Origin: an uncultured virus (IMG/VR IMGVR_UViG_3300042363_000446)
Taxonomy: Duplodnaviria; Heunggongvirae; Uroviricota; Caudoviricetes
Strand: one strand, 5' to 3'
Virus record (IMG/VR): IMGVR_UViG_3300042363_000446
DNA length: 55,360 nucleotides
The notes beneath the pieces are model-generated. The model had not been told where the DNA came from and did no database searches. It was given only the letters and a program-made list of their open reading frames with translations. A program made the position numbers and the translations under genes. Shown in pieces: positions 39,181-48,430 of the stretch. Every line of letters starts with the position of its first letter. Within the stretch, counting starts at the first letter, position 1.

Positions 39181-39636
39181 ATGTTTTATATTAAATTAGA
39201 TGAAAATAATAATCCAATGAATCATCCAATGTCAGGAGACAATCTCAAAGACGTACTGGAAGTAGCTTATTTGGACGATAATGTTTTAAAAGAATTTGGA
39301 TATGCAAAATTTGAACGTTTCAAAGACGCACCAAATGCAGTGACCATTCACACAACTGATTATTACATGGATACAGACGGAGTAGTCAGAAATCGGGCGT
39401 CTGTTCGTGAGTTTACACAAGAAGAGCTTATTGATCAGTTTATTAGAAGGCGCCGCAGTTATTTACTAGCAGCATGTGACTGGACTCTAGCAGTAGATAG
39501 TCCTTTATCTGCGGAGAAAAAAGAAGAATGGGCAAATTACCGTCAAGCTTTGCGAGACCTTACATCGGTTTATAGCACAGCACAGTCGGACAGTGATGTT
39601 ATTTGGCCTACTGAACCAACCAAGGGTAATTCATGA
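39181..39636 (+). CDS. Tail fibre assembly chaperone
   Basis: RRRSYLLAACDW...WANYRQALRDL...VIWPTEP motif; directly after the fibre gene. Confidence 0.8.
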   Translation: MFYIKLDENNNPMNHPMSGDNLKDVLEVAYLDDNVLKEFGYAKFERFKDAPNAVTIHTTDYYMDTDGVVRNRASVREFTQEELIDQFIRRRRSYLLAACDWTLAVDSPLSAEKKEEWANYRQALRDLTSVYSTAQSDSDVIWPTEPTKGNS

Positions 39637-40277
39637 GTACTTTTTTAAGTGGAATTTTTGCAACACCACTACTTATTGGAAATAGTCACGATATTGATAT
39701 TCGTGAAAAAATTTGTGCGCTGGCGTTACAGTTTAGAGAGAATGCACACGATGCAAAACTAGTGTCTGAAGGATGGAATTACGGAAGATCATCTTCTTCT
39801 CAGGAAGATTTTAATCAATACGGAGTTACATCTTTTAGTTCACAGTCTCTTTTGGACGATCCTGACTGGAAAGATGTAATGACTTTTTTATATGACTTTG
39901 CTAATGCAATGATCGCCAGTGTAAATAATACAACCGGTGTTATGTCGTTTGTTAATAGCTGGGTTACGATATATCCACCGGGCACGTATATACCAGAGCA
40001 TATTCATTCAAATTCAATGTTGAGTGGAGTGTTTTATGCAAAAGTACCTGAGAAAGCGGGTAACCTTTTATTTAAAGATCCTTCTGCTGTGGCTAAAACT
40101 ATGTACACTCGTCACTATAATGATTTTCCTACAGTGCCTACTATACACACTCATGTAGTGGAAGAAGGGCAAATGATTATTTTTCCTTCTTGGCTTCCTC
40201 ATATGACTGAGATCAACAAGTCCCAGGATAATCGGATTATGGTAAGTTTTAACATTAATATGATTGATCCTGAGTAA
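39633..40277 (+). CDS. 2OG-Fe(II) oxygenase (TIGR02466-like)
   Basis: SWV...HIH...LSGVFY...IIFPSWLPH...RIMVSFN. Confidence 0.85.
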   Translation: MSTFLSGIFATPLLIGNSHDIDIREKICALALQFRENAHDAKLVSEGWNYGRSSSSQEDFNQYGVTSFSSQSLLDDPDWKDVMTFLYDFANAMIASVNNTTGVMSFVNSWVTIYPPGTYIPEHIHSNSMLSGVFYAKVPEKAGNLLFKDPSAVAKTMYTRHYNDFPTVPTIHTHVVEEGQMIIFPSWLPHMTEINKSQDNRIMVSFNINMIDPE

Positions 40278-40374
40278 TAAAAATTAAATCACGGTTTCAT
40301 TATTACTAAATAAAAAACAATCAACTAGTGTTTGGTTGTTTAACTAAGACGTAACTTTTTACCGGAGATTTTAA

Positions 40375-40920
40375 ATGTTTAACGATGCTTACTGGGCATG
40401 GGACGGTGTATTAGACAAAGCTTTTTGCGAGTATGCACTTAACCGGCTTGACTGGGATAAAGCTGACGAAGCACGAGTACGAGAGACCGGAGTCCCGGCA
40501 GATCCTTCAGTCCGAATCACGCAAGTTTTATGGGAAGAATACACTTCTCCTATTGCAGCAGTTGCTTTTTACTATACTCATCTTGCTAATAAACTAGCAG
40601 GTTGGAAATTTCAAATTGATTACCCTCAACAAGTGCAAATAGGACGGTACGCAAAAGATGGTCACTATGACTGGCATATTGACGCTCAATTACCTGATAC
40701 TGAGGGGTTTCAACGTAAGCTAAGTTGTTCTATTCTATTAAATGATGCTTCAGAATACGAAGGAGGAGATTTGGAGATTAGAGGAGTTAAAATAGCACCA
40801 CCTAAAACACGCGGCACAGTTATTGTATTTCCGTCTATACTAGAACATCGTGTTCTTCCAGTGACGGAAGGTGTTAGGTATTCTGCTGTTTGTTGGACTA
40901 TGGGGCCTGCTTTTACGTAA
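40375..40920 (+). CDS. 2OG-Fe(II) oxygenase (PKHD/prolyl-4-hydroxylase-like)
   Basis: YDWHID...RKLSCSILLN...YEGGDL...FPSILEHRVLPVTEGVRYSAVCW. Confidence 0.88.
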   Translation: MFNDAYWAWDGVLDKAFCEYALNRLDWDKADEARVRETGVPADPSVRITQVLWEEYTSPIAAVAFYYTHLANKLAGWKFQIDYPQQVQIGRYAKDGHYDWHIDAQLPDTEGFQRKLSCSILLNDASEYEGGDLEIRGVKIAPPKTRGTVIVFPSILEHRVLPVTEGVRYSAVCWTMGPAFT

Positions 40921-41026
40921 CAGACTCTAGCTATAAGTATTAGGGCACTAGAAAAGAAAGTATCAAACGATATACGAAGATAACTATACGAAAAGAACAC
41001 TGAAAATACATAGAGAAAAATGTAAC

Positions 41027-41566
41027 ATGACGTTAAAAGAACAAACTAAAGATTTACACGAAATAGCAGAAAAAAATCCATTTGCTCAACGACTTCTTTC
41101 AGGTAATATATCTAACACCGAATATGCATGTTACTTAACTAACCTAGAACCTATTTATAATGCAATTGAAAATTTAGCAGAAAACAGTGGCATACTTATT
41201 GATGGCATAGTTCATATAAAGAGAACAGAACTAATTCGTGAAGATTTAGCAGAATTAAAGCAACTAGGAGCAAATCATTACGTAATATTTGAATCTACTT
41301 GCAGGTATGTTGATTATCTTAATCAACTTGATAAAGGTAAGATACTTGCTCACTTATATACCAGACACTTTGGTGATTTATACGGCGGGCAAATTTTAAA
41401 AACTAAAGTTCCGGGTAAGGGAAAAATGTACGAGTTTGTTGAGCGAAAAGCATTGATTGATAAAACACGTATGATGCTTAGCGATGATCTTGGACCCGAA
41501 GCACGAATAGCATTTCAATATGCGATATATCTTTTTGAGGAACTTACTAATGAGTTTAATATTTGA
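41027..41566 (+). CDS. hemO: Heme oxygenase
   Basis: LKEQTKDLHEIAE (proximal His) and AHLYTRHFGDLYGGQIL distal helix. Confidence 0.9.
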   Translation: MTLKEQTKDLHEIAEKNPFAQRLLSGNISNTEYACYLTNLEPIYNAIENLAENSGILIDGIVHIKRTELIREDLAELKQLGANHYVIFESTCRYVDYLNQLDKGKILAHLYTRHFGDLYGGQILKTKVPGKGKMYEFVERKALIDKTRMMLSDDLGPEARIAFQYAIYLFEELTNEFNI

Positions 41567-42218
41567 TAAATTGTTACAACACGCAAGTGAATTTCAAACT
41601 ATACTAAATACATTAGACCGATCTGACGAAGTACATGAGTTTCCTTGGGACAATTTGGTTTATACTTCTAAGTATATTAGGCGGGCCCACTTAGACATAG
41701 TAGACAAACGAGAAGATCGTAAATTGCTAATGATGCATTTATGTGTTTTTCCTCATACTGACTCAGATGCACCTATATACGGGTTTGATCTAATTGCGGG
41801 TCCTAATAAAGTTACAGGAGCATTTCATGACTTTAGTCCTTGTACTAATAACAACTCTTCTCATCCTCTTAGTGAATTATTTGCTGGAGAAGTAAAAAAA
41901 TATTCATGGTCAAAACAGCGTGAACTGCCTGAATGGGCTAAAAAAATATTTAGTCCTTGGATGGTTGCAGCAGGTAATATTAAAGATATTGACGAACTTT
42001 CTGAAGTACTTGAGCTATCTAAAAATAATTTGATTTCATATATTGAATGGATGAAAACTAACTATGCTACAAGTGATCAAGACTATACACAACAACAAAA
42101 CAATTATTGTATTAATCAAAAGCAAAATCCGCATACTCCTCGTGTAATGGAAAGTTTAGGTTATGATCCAGATACTGTCCAAAAGTTTATACAAAATTGC
42201 CTTTTTCCGGAAGTTTAA
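41550..42218 (+). CDS. pcyX: Ferredoxin-dependent bilin reductase, PcyX-type
   Basis: RRAHLDIVD...MMHLCVFP...PIYGFDLIAGPNKVTGAFHDFSP...QKQNPHTPRVM; likely start ATG 41550 after SD GAGG, overlapping hemO. Confidence 0.82.
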   Translation: MSLIFDKLLQHASEFQTILNTLDRSDEVHEFPWDNLVYTSKYIRRAHLDIVDKREDRKLLMMHLCVFPHTDSDAPIYGFDLIAGPNKVTGAFHDFSPCTNNNSSHPLSELFAGEVKKYSWSKQRELPEWAKKIFSPWMVAAGNIKDIDELSEVLELSKNNLISYIEWMKTNYATSDQDYTQQQNNYCINQKQNPHTPRVMESLGYDPDTVQKFIQNCLFPEV

Positions 42219-42275
42219 CAATCAGCATAAACACTTCTTATATAGGGTAACTTATATCAAGATAAGTAATATGAT

Positions 42276-42719
42276 ATGAATGCTTTTCAACTTGAATTTT
42301 ACACTAGACTTAGAGCTTGGAACAACCTAAGAACTGACCTAATACATTTGCCACTGCACGAAAAATGTGTTGAAGTAGATAAGTTTTGGCAACAGTGTCC
42401 AGAAACAACACATTATTTACATCCAGCAGATATAAAATCATGGCCTGATCCATGGCAGTTATTAGATGATAATATGTATTGCCCATATGCTAGAGCATTG
42501 GGCATAATTTATACTTTAATTTTATTGGGAATAACCGACATTGACTTAGTAGATGCTATTGATTATAATAGTGTATCTGTGGTATTAGTCATGGTTGATA
42601 GCGCAAAATATGTACTTAATTACTGGCCCGGCACTGTAGTAAATAATAAACTCAGCGACTTCACTGTAGTTAGACACTATGACATAACACCCATCATTCA
42701 AAAAACAGGAACACTATGA
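42276..42719 (+). CDS. Hypothetical protein coupled to nrdA
   Basis: ATGA overlap with nrdA; GATAAGTA late-like element just upstream. Confidence 0.65.
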   Translation: MNAFQLEFYTRLRAWNNLRTDLIHLPLHEKCVEVDKFWQQCPETTHYLHPADIKSWPDPWQLLDDNMYCPYARALGIIYTLILLGITDIDLVDAIDYNSVSVVLVMVDSAKYVLNYWPGTVVNNKLSDFTVVRHYDITPIIQKTGTL

Positions 42720-45034
42720 AGATTTACGTTACTAAAAGATCAGGGAACACAGAGCCCTTGACCATTGAAAAATGGCAACAGCAAATAGCTACTATATGCA
42801 AAGGAACAGCAGATGTAAGTCAATCAATGATTGAAATCAAAGCGCAGCCGCACTTTTTTGATGGTATTACAACAAGCGACATTGATGAAATAACACTAAG
42901 AGCTATCGTAGACTTAATTGATGTAGAAAATAACCCAGACGTTGGGCACACAAACTATCAGTATGTAGCTGGTAAGCAACGTTTATCAATGCTAAGAAAA
43001 GATGTTTTTGGTCAATATCAACCTCCCCACCTTTTTGAAATTGTAAAAAAGAATGTAGCCACTGGGTTGTATACACCAGAATTATTAGAATGGTATACAG
43101 AAGATGATTGGAATAAGATGAATGATATTATTGATCATGAGAAAGATGAACAGTATTCTTATGCCGCCATTGAACAATTGATTGAAAAGTACTTAGTAAA
43201 AAACCGCGCTACAAAAGAAATATACGAAACACCTCAGATCAGATACATGATCGCAGCAGCTACAGTATTTCACAAAGAAGAACCCAACTCAGCAAGAATG
43301 CGATACATTCGTGAATACTATAACGCTTCTAGTGACGGCTTGTTTACACTAGCTACTCCAGTATTAGCAGGATTAGGCACTCCAACTAAGCAGTTTAGTA
43401 GTTGCGTATTGATTAAAACAGACGATGATCTTGACAGTATTTTTGCTTCTGGTGAAATGATGGCCAAGTATGCTAGCAAACGCGCAGGCATTGGGTTAGA
43501 AATTGGTAGACTTAGACCTTTAGGTTCTCCGATCAGAGGAGGTGAAGTCATGCACACTGGTATGATTCCTTTCTTGAAAAAATGGTTTGGTGATCTTAGA
43601 TCCTGTTCACAGGGAGGAATCAGAAATGCTTCCGCCACTATCACATATCCGATTTGGCACTATCAGTTTGACGATCTTATTGTACTGAAAAACAATCAAG
43701 GCACAGAAGAAACTCGCGTAAGACACATGGATTACAATGTAGTCTTATCAGCATTCTTTTGGAGACGATTTAAGAACAAAGAAAATATTACATTCTTTGA
43801 CCCCAACGAAGTACCTGATCTTTATGAAACTTTTTACAGCGATACTAAAAAGTTTGAAGAACTGTATGTAACGTATGAAAAGCGTAAAGACTTGCGTAAA
43901 AAAACAATGAATGCTGAAGATGTATTCAAAAGTGGTATTCTTAAAGAACGCACAGACACTGGTAGAATTTATTTAACCTTTATTGACAACGTACAAAATC
44001 AAGGACCGTTTGATACCAGTTATCATACGATTTATCAATCTAATCTTTGTCAAGAAATCTTGTTGCCTACTAAGTCATTTAAACGATTAGATGATGATAA
44101 GGGCCGAATCGCCTTATGCACCTTGGGCTCAATTAATTGGGGAGCATTTAGAAATCCAGAAGATATGCGCAGAGCATGTAGAATTCTTCAGCGTAGTTTA
44201 TGTAATATTCTTGACTATCAGGATTTCTTGTCTATTCAGTCTAAATTAAGCAATGATGAAATTCAACCTCTTGGTATTGGTGTTACTAATTTAGCATATT
44301 GGCACGCTAAACGTAGTTTTAATTATGGTGAACAAGACTCTTTACAAGAAGTTAAAAGCTGGATGGAACATCAAGCATTTTATCTAACTGAAGCAACTGT
44401 AGAACTTGCTAAAGAACGAGGCAAGTGTGTAGATTCAGATAAAACTTGGTATGGTCAAGGTATATTTCCCTGGGAACGTAGAGCTAAAGGTGTTAACGAA
44501 TTAGCAGACTTTACTCCCGAATTAGATTGGGAAGCACTTAGAGAACAAATGAAAACATATGGTGTTAGAAATGCTACTCTAATGGCAATTGCTCCAGTAG
44601 AAAGTTCGTCTGTTGTAATCAATAGTACTAATGGTATTGAAATGCCCATGAGTTTGATTACAGTAAAAGAATCTAAAGCAGGTAGTTTTATTCAAGTTGT
44701 TCCAGAATATCACAGATTGAAAAACAAGTATCAGTTAATGTGGGATCAAACTAATTGCGTTGACTACTTAAAAACAGCAGCAGTCTTACAAGCTTATGTG
44801 GATCAAAGCATAAGTACTAACACGTTTTATAACCCAGCACACTTTGCAGACAGAAAAGTACCTACAACAATGATTGCTGCAAACTTGATGTTGTTTTATT
44901 ACTGGGGCGGAAAGACACTTTATTACAGCTTGATTAATAAAGCAGGATCTAAAGCTGATGCAGAAGAATTACCCCAGATGTTAGAACCCGTTAATTACGA
45001 TGAAGAAAGTGATTGCGAATCATGCAAATTATAA
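42716..45034 (+). CDS. nrdA: Ribonucleotide reductase class Ia alpha subunit with ATP cone
   Basis: VTKRSG ATP cone, QFSSCVL, CSQGGIR, SNLCQEI, C-terminal CESCKL. Confidence 0.96.
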   Translation: MKIYVTKRSGNTEPLTIEKWQQQIATICKGTADVSQSMIEIKAQPHFFDGITTSDIDEITLRAIVDLIDVENNPDVGHTNYQYVAGKQRLSMLRKDVFGQYQPPHLFEIVKKNVATGLYTPELLEWYTEDDWNKMNDIIDHEKDEQYSYAAIEQLIEKYLVKNRATKEIYETPQIRYMIAAATVFHKEEPNSARMRYIREYYNASSDGLFTLATPVLAGLGTPTKQFSSCVLIKTDDDLDSIFASGEMMAKYASKRAGIGLEIGRLRPLGSPIRGGEVMHTGMIPFLKKWFGDLRSCSQGGIRNASATITYPIWHYQFDDLIVLKNNQGTEETRVRHMDYNVVLSAFFWRRFKNKENITFFDPNEVPDLYETFYSDTKKFEELYVTYEKRKDLRKKTMNAEDVFKSGILKERTDTGRIYLTFIDNVQNQGPFDTSYHTIYQSNLCQEILLPTKSFKRLDDDKGRIALCTLGSINWGAFRNPEDMRRACRILQRSLCNILDYQDFLSIQSKLSNDEIQPLGIGVTNLAYWHAKRSFNYGEQDSLQEVKSWMEHQAFYLTEATVELAKERGKCVDSDKTWYGQGIFPWERRAKGVNELADFTPELDWEALREQMKTYGVRNATLMAIAPVESSSVVINSTNGIEMPMSLITVKESKAGSFIQVVPEYHRLKNKYQLMWDQTNCVDYLKTAAVLQAYVDQSISTNTFYNPAHFADRKVPTTMIAANLMLFYYWGGKTLYYSLINKAGSKADAEELPQMLEPVNYDEESDCESCKL

Positions 45035-45044
45035 GGATTATTAA

Positions 45045-45248
45045 ATGAAACAGAAAATTTTAAAAGCACTAGAAGCACATTTTGTAGGACATATTGAAAA
45101 GCATAAAATGAATATAGAGATTATGTTAGCTAATCCTTTAGCTATTCACGATCACACTGATCTTATGAGTGCTATTGAAAAAGAAATTCAACAATTAGTA
45201 GAATATCAAGACAAACTTGACGCACTTAAACAACATTTCGGGGATTGA
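45045..45248 (+). CDS. Small hypothetical protein
   Basis: SD AAGGA; fills the nrdA-nrdB gap. Confidence 0.65.
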   Translation: MKQKILKALEAHFVGHIEKHKMNIEIMLANPLAIHDHTDLMSAIEKEIQQLVEYQDKLDALKQHFGD

Positions 45249-45251
45249 TAA

Positions 45252-46352
45252 ATGTCAAAACAACAGTATAACTTAGAAACAAAAACAGATTACTTGTCAA
45301 GAAAGATGTTTTTAGATCCCGCAGGTCCGGTAACTATTCAAAGATTTGAAGAATTTAAGTATCCCAAAATTGCCAAGCTGGAAGAAACTGCTAGAGGCTT
45401 CTTTTGGATCCCCGAAGAAGTTTCACTAACGAAAGATGCACAAGATTTCAAAGATGCCAGTGACGCGGTCAAACATATTTTTACTAGCAATGTTTTAAGA
45501 CAAACTGCACTTGATAGTTTACAAGGCAGAGGACCCAGTCAAATCTTTACTCCTGTTATTTCACTACCTGAACTAGAAGCATTAGTTTACAATTGGACTT
45601 TTTTTGAGACAAATATTCATAGCAGAAGTTATAGTCATATTATTCGTAATATTTACAATGTACCAAAAGACGTTTTTAACACTATTCATGACACGCAAGA
45701 AATTATTGATATGGCGTCAAGCGTAGGTCAATACTATGACAAGCTACATGTGCTTAACTGTAAAAAAGAGCTAGGTCACAAGATTGACGAAAAAGAACAT
45801 ATCAAAGCTATTTGGATGGCACTAAACGCCAGCTATGCATTAGAAGCATTTAGATTTATGGTATCTTTTGCTACTTCATTAGCAATGGTTGAGAACAAGA
45901 TTTTTATTGGTAATGGAAACATTATTAGCTTGATCTTACAAGATGAAATTTTACACAAAGATTGGACTGCTTATATCATTAACCAAGTAGTAAAAGAAGA
46001 TCCAAGATTTGCTCAAGCTAAACAAGAATGCGAACAAGAAGTTTATGCTCTTTATATGGATGTGATCAGAGAAGAAAAAGCATGGGCGGATTACTTGTTT
46101 AAGAAAGGCCCGGTTATTGGCCTCAATGCTAATATTTTAAAAGAGTTCGTAGATTATACTGCTATGAATGCGTTAAAAGAAATAGGTATTAAGTATCAGT
46201 CTAGTGCTCCTAAGTCTACTCCAATTCCTTGGTTTAATAAGCACTCGTCAACAAGTAACAAACAAACTGCACTACAAGAAAACGAAAGCACAAACTATGT
46301 TATAGGAATTATGTCTAATGACGTAAACTATGATGAATTACCCGATTTATAA
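45252..46352 (+). CDS. nrdB: Ribonucleotide reductase class Ia beta subunit
   Basis: FFWIPEEV, ETNIHSRSY, LEAFRFMVSF, DEILH, QENESTNY. Confidence 0.96.
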   Translation: MSKQQYNLETKTDYLSRKMFLDPAGPVTIQRFEEFKYPKIAKLEETARGFFWIPEEVSLTKDAQDFKDASDAVKHIFTSNVLRQTALDSLQGRGPSQIFTPVISLPELEALVYNWTFFETNIHSRSYSHIIRNIYNVPKDVFNTIHDTQEIIDMASSVGQYYDKLHVLNCKKELGHKIDEKEHIKAIWMALNASYALEAFRFMVSFATSLAMVENKIFIGNGNIISLILQDEILHKDWTAYIINQVVKEDPRFAQAKQECEQEVYALYMDVIREEKAWADYLFKKGPVIGLNANILKEFVDYTAMNALKEIGIKYQSSAPKSTPIPWFNKHSSTSNKQTALQENESTNYVIGIMSNDVNYDELPDL

Positions 46353-46364
46353 AAGGAAAATATA

Positions 46365-47294
46365 ATGAATAAAATGTTAGTTATGTTAGGCATCACGGCA
46401 GTATTAGTAGCCTGTCAGCCAAACTCGTTAGAACAAAGTACTGGTCCAAAAACTGAAACACCCACATTTGACTTAGATTACAGTCAGAGTTGCACTGATA
46501 AAGGTGAACCCACTATTAGTGGTAACTCTGTATTTTTTGGATCAGGAGATCAATGTCAAGCAGGTAGAGTAGTATCTACGCAAAGTTATGCTAATATTAC
46601 TGAATTTAGAGCCACTGTGGATTTGAGCAATCTGACAAATGATTATGTAAATGCGTCTGTATACTTTATACAAAATCCAAACGATCCACAAACACAGCCT
46701 AAAGCAACCGCAGATCATACTGGATCATATTGTGACGCTGGTACAGGTGCCGATTCGCATCCTGAACGAAATTGCAGAGAAATTGATCTTATGGAAACAA
46801 ACGGCAACAAGTTGTTTCAAACAACATTGCATTTAGGCAATGGTGGAAGTTCAGCTCCTGAGCGTTTTGAATATGCATATGCAGCGCCTGCGTTAACTGA
46901 TTCTAACTTTAATGCTGCAAATATGAAGAATAGTCCTACAGTAGGATTACATGATATTACTAGTATTGATATGTCTAAGCCATTTGATATTATTGCAACT
47001 TTTACATATGATATACCTAGAATGGTTATGACCTATGAACAAGGTTCTATTAGTATCGTAGTATATGATACCGGTGATGGCTATGGCGCTAATGGCAGTC
47101 AAACACCTGATCTGTCTGATTTAGTTACTACTATGCAAAACGGTTACTGGATTGAGATTTCGTTTTGGCAAGGGTACAGTCCAGAAGGCCCTGGTAATAG
47201 TCCATGGTGGAATGGTTCTGATGGCTGGGGTGCATTGTGTAATAACACTGGCTCATACTGGAACATACGCAATATCCAAGTAACAACACTATAA
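46365..47294 (+). CDS. Lipoprotein, clan GH-B glycoside hydrolase (GH7-like)
   Basis: Lipobox LVAC; VDLSNL...NASVYF, YCDA, CREIDLMETN, IDMSKPFDIIATF, GYWIEISFW, IRNIQ. Confidence 0.7.
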   Translation: MNKMLVMLGITAVLVACQPNSLEQSTGPKTETPTFDLDYSQSCTDKGEPTISGNSVFFGSGDQCQAGRVVSTQSYANITEFRATVDLSNLTNDYVNASVYFIQNPNDPQTQPKATADHTGSYCDAGTGADSHPERNCREIDLMETNGNKLFQTTLHLGNGGSSAPERFEYAYAAPALTDSNFNAANMKNSPTVGLHDITSIDMSKPFDIIATFTYDIPRMVMTYEQGSISIVVYDTGDGYGANGSQTPDLSDLVTTMQNGYWIEISFWQGYSPEGPGNSPWWNGSDGWGALCNNTGSYWNIRNIQVTTL

Positions 47295-47325
47295 ATACAA
47301 GTATCACACTTAACCGGAGATTTAA

Positions 47326-47874
47326 ATGAAAAAACAACTTATGATTTTATTTTTAATATTTTTTAGCGTAACTGCACAAGCCGCTAGATACGAAGTATGT
47401 ACAGGACAATTTGCGTTCTGCGGAGCTTCAGGTGCTACCCCGACAGGAAAAACTATTACAGTAAATACACCTACTGGTACGGCTGAGTTTAATGAAGCTG
47501 TAGCTCAATGTCCAGTAATGACCGGATCTGCTGTTGCAGATGTACTCGGTGGTAATATGCAGGGTTCATGCGAACCTTTAGAATCAGGACATGTATGGTC
47601 TTTGTTTGCCCCGCTCGGTCAAGTTCCCATGGCCCCTACTTGGAGTGTACAAACAGCTACTCCAAGATTATACATTAGTAGCAAAGAAGCAAATAGCAGT
47701 AATATGTTTTCAATGGATTGTGTTTTAGGTAAAGTAATCAATGGAGTTCAGATTGCCGATTGTTATGGTCCTATCAATGAAAATCTTAGAGGCGGGTCTA
47801 TTCCTGACGGTACTACTATGTTAACTGAAGCTCCTCTCGATGTGACATTCCCGGTATCTGGCCCGTTGCCTTAA
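47326..47874 (+). CDS. Secreted Cys-containing hypothetical protein
   Basis: Signal peptide ending AQA, six Cys; late promoter TATAAATA at ~47290. Confidence 0.65.
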   Translation: MKKQLMILFLIFFSVTAQAARYEVCTGQFAFCGASGATPTGKTITVNTPTGTAEFNEAVAQCPVMTGSAVADVLGGNMQGSCEPLESGHVWSLFAPLGQVPMAPTWSVQTATPRLYISSKEANSSNMFSMDCVLGKVINGVQIADCYGPINENLRGGSIPDGTTMLTEAPLDVTFPVSGPLP

Positions 47875-47884
47875 GGATATCATA

Positions 47885-48112
47885 ATGCAAAAAGCAATTA
47901 TATGGAGTAAGTCAAACTGTAGTTATTGCGATCAAGCAAAGCAGTTACTAACCATGAAGGGAATAGTATTTGAAGAAAGAAAGATAGGTGCTGAATGGAC
48001 TAAAGAACAACTGTTAGAAGCAGTTCCTACAGCAAGAGCAGTCCCACAGATTTTTCTAGACGATCAATATGTGGGCGGATTTACTGAACTAAGACAAAAA
48101 CTTAACAACTAA
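47885..48112 (+). CDS. Glutaredoxin
   Basis: CSYC active site, VPQIF, YVGGFTEL. Confidence 0.9.
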   Translation: MQKAIIWSKSNCSYCDQAKQLLTMKGIVFEERKIGAEWTKEQLLEAVPTARAVPQIFLDDQYVGGFTELRQKLNN

Positions 48113-48120
48113 GGAAATTT

Positions 48121-48420
48121 ATGAATATTAAAGAAAATGAGATTTTTTCAATCAAGTTAAACTCAGGAGAAGAATTGATTACTAGAGTTAAAAAAGTAAC
48201 ACCTGAATATCTGATCATTTCAGAGCCAGTATCGGTAGCACCCGGGCCTCAGGGTATGGGATTAGTACCTAGTGTGTTTACTGCAAATCCAAGCGGAGAA
48301 TTTACGCTAAATAGAAATAGCATTGCAATTATATGCGAAACAGAATATAATATTAAAACCAAATATTCAGAAGCAGTTTCTGGAATAAAAGTACCAGAAA
48401 AGAAAATTTTAGTAGGATAA
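48121..48420 (+). CDS. Hypothetical protein (possible Sm-like fold)
   Basis: IKLNSGEELITRV pattern; SD AAGGA. Confidence 0.6.
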   Translation: MNIKENEIFSIKLNSGEELITRVKKVTPEYLIISEPVSVAPGPQGMGLVPSVFTANPSGEFTLNRNSIAIICETEYNIKTKYSEAVSGIKVPEKKILVG

Positions 48421-48430
48421 GGATTACGTT

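Noticed and set aside
40921..41026. Possible gene remnant between the oxygenase and hemO (reads TLAISIRALEKKVSNDIRR*)
   Set aside because: No start codon, too short, no recognisable homology
41520..41549. ORF-track start for pcyX
   Set aside because: ATG 41550 has an SD (GAGG) and gives a typical N-terminus with a short hemO overlap
42716..46352. Introns or inteins in nrdA/nrdB
   Set aside because: Both ORFs are continuous and of normal length with catalytic motifs in place
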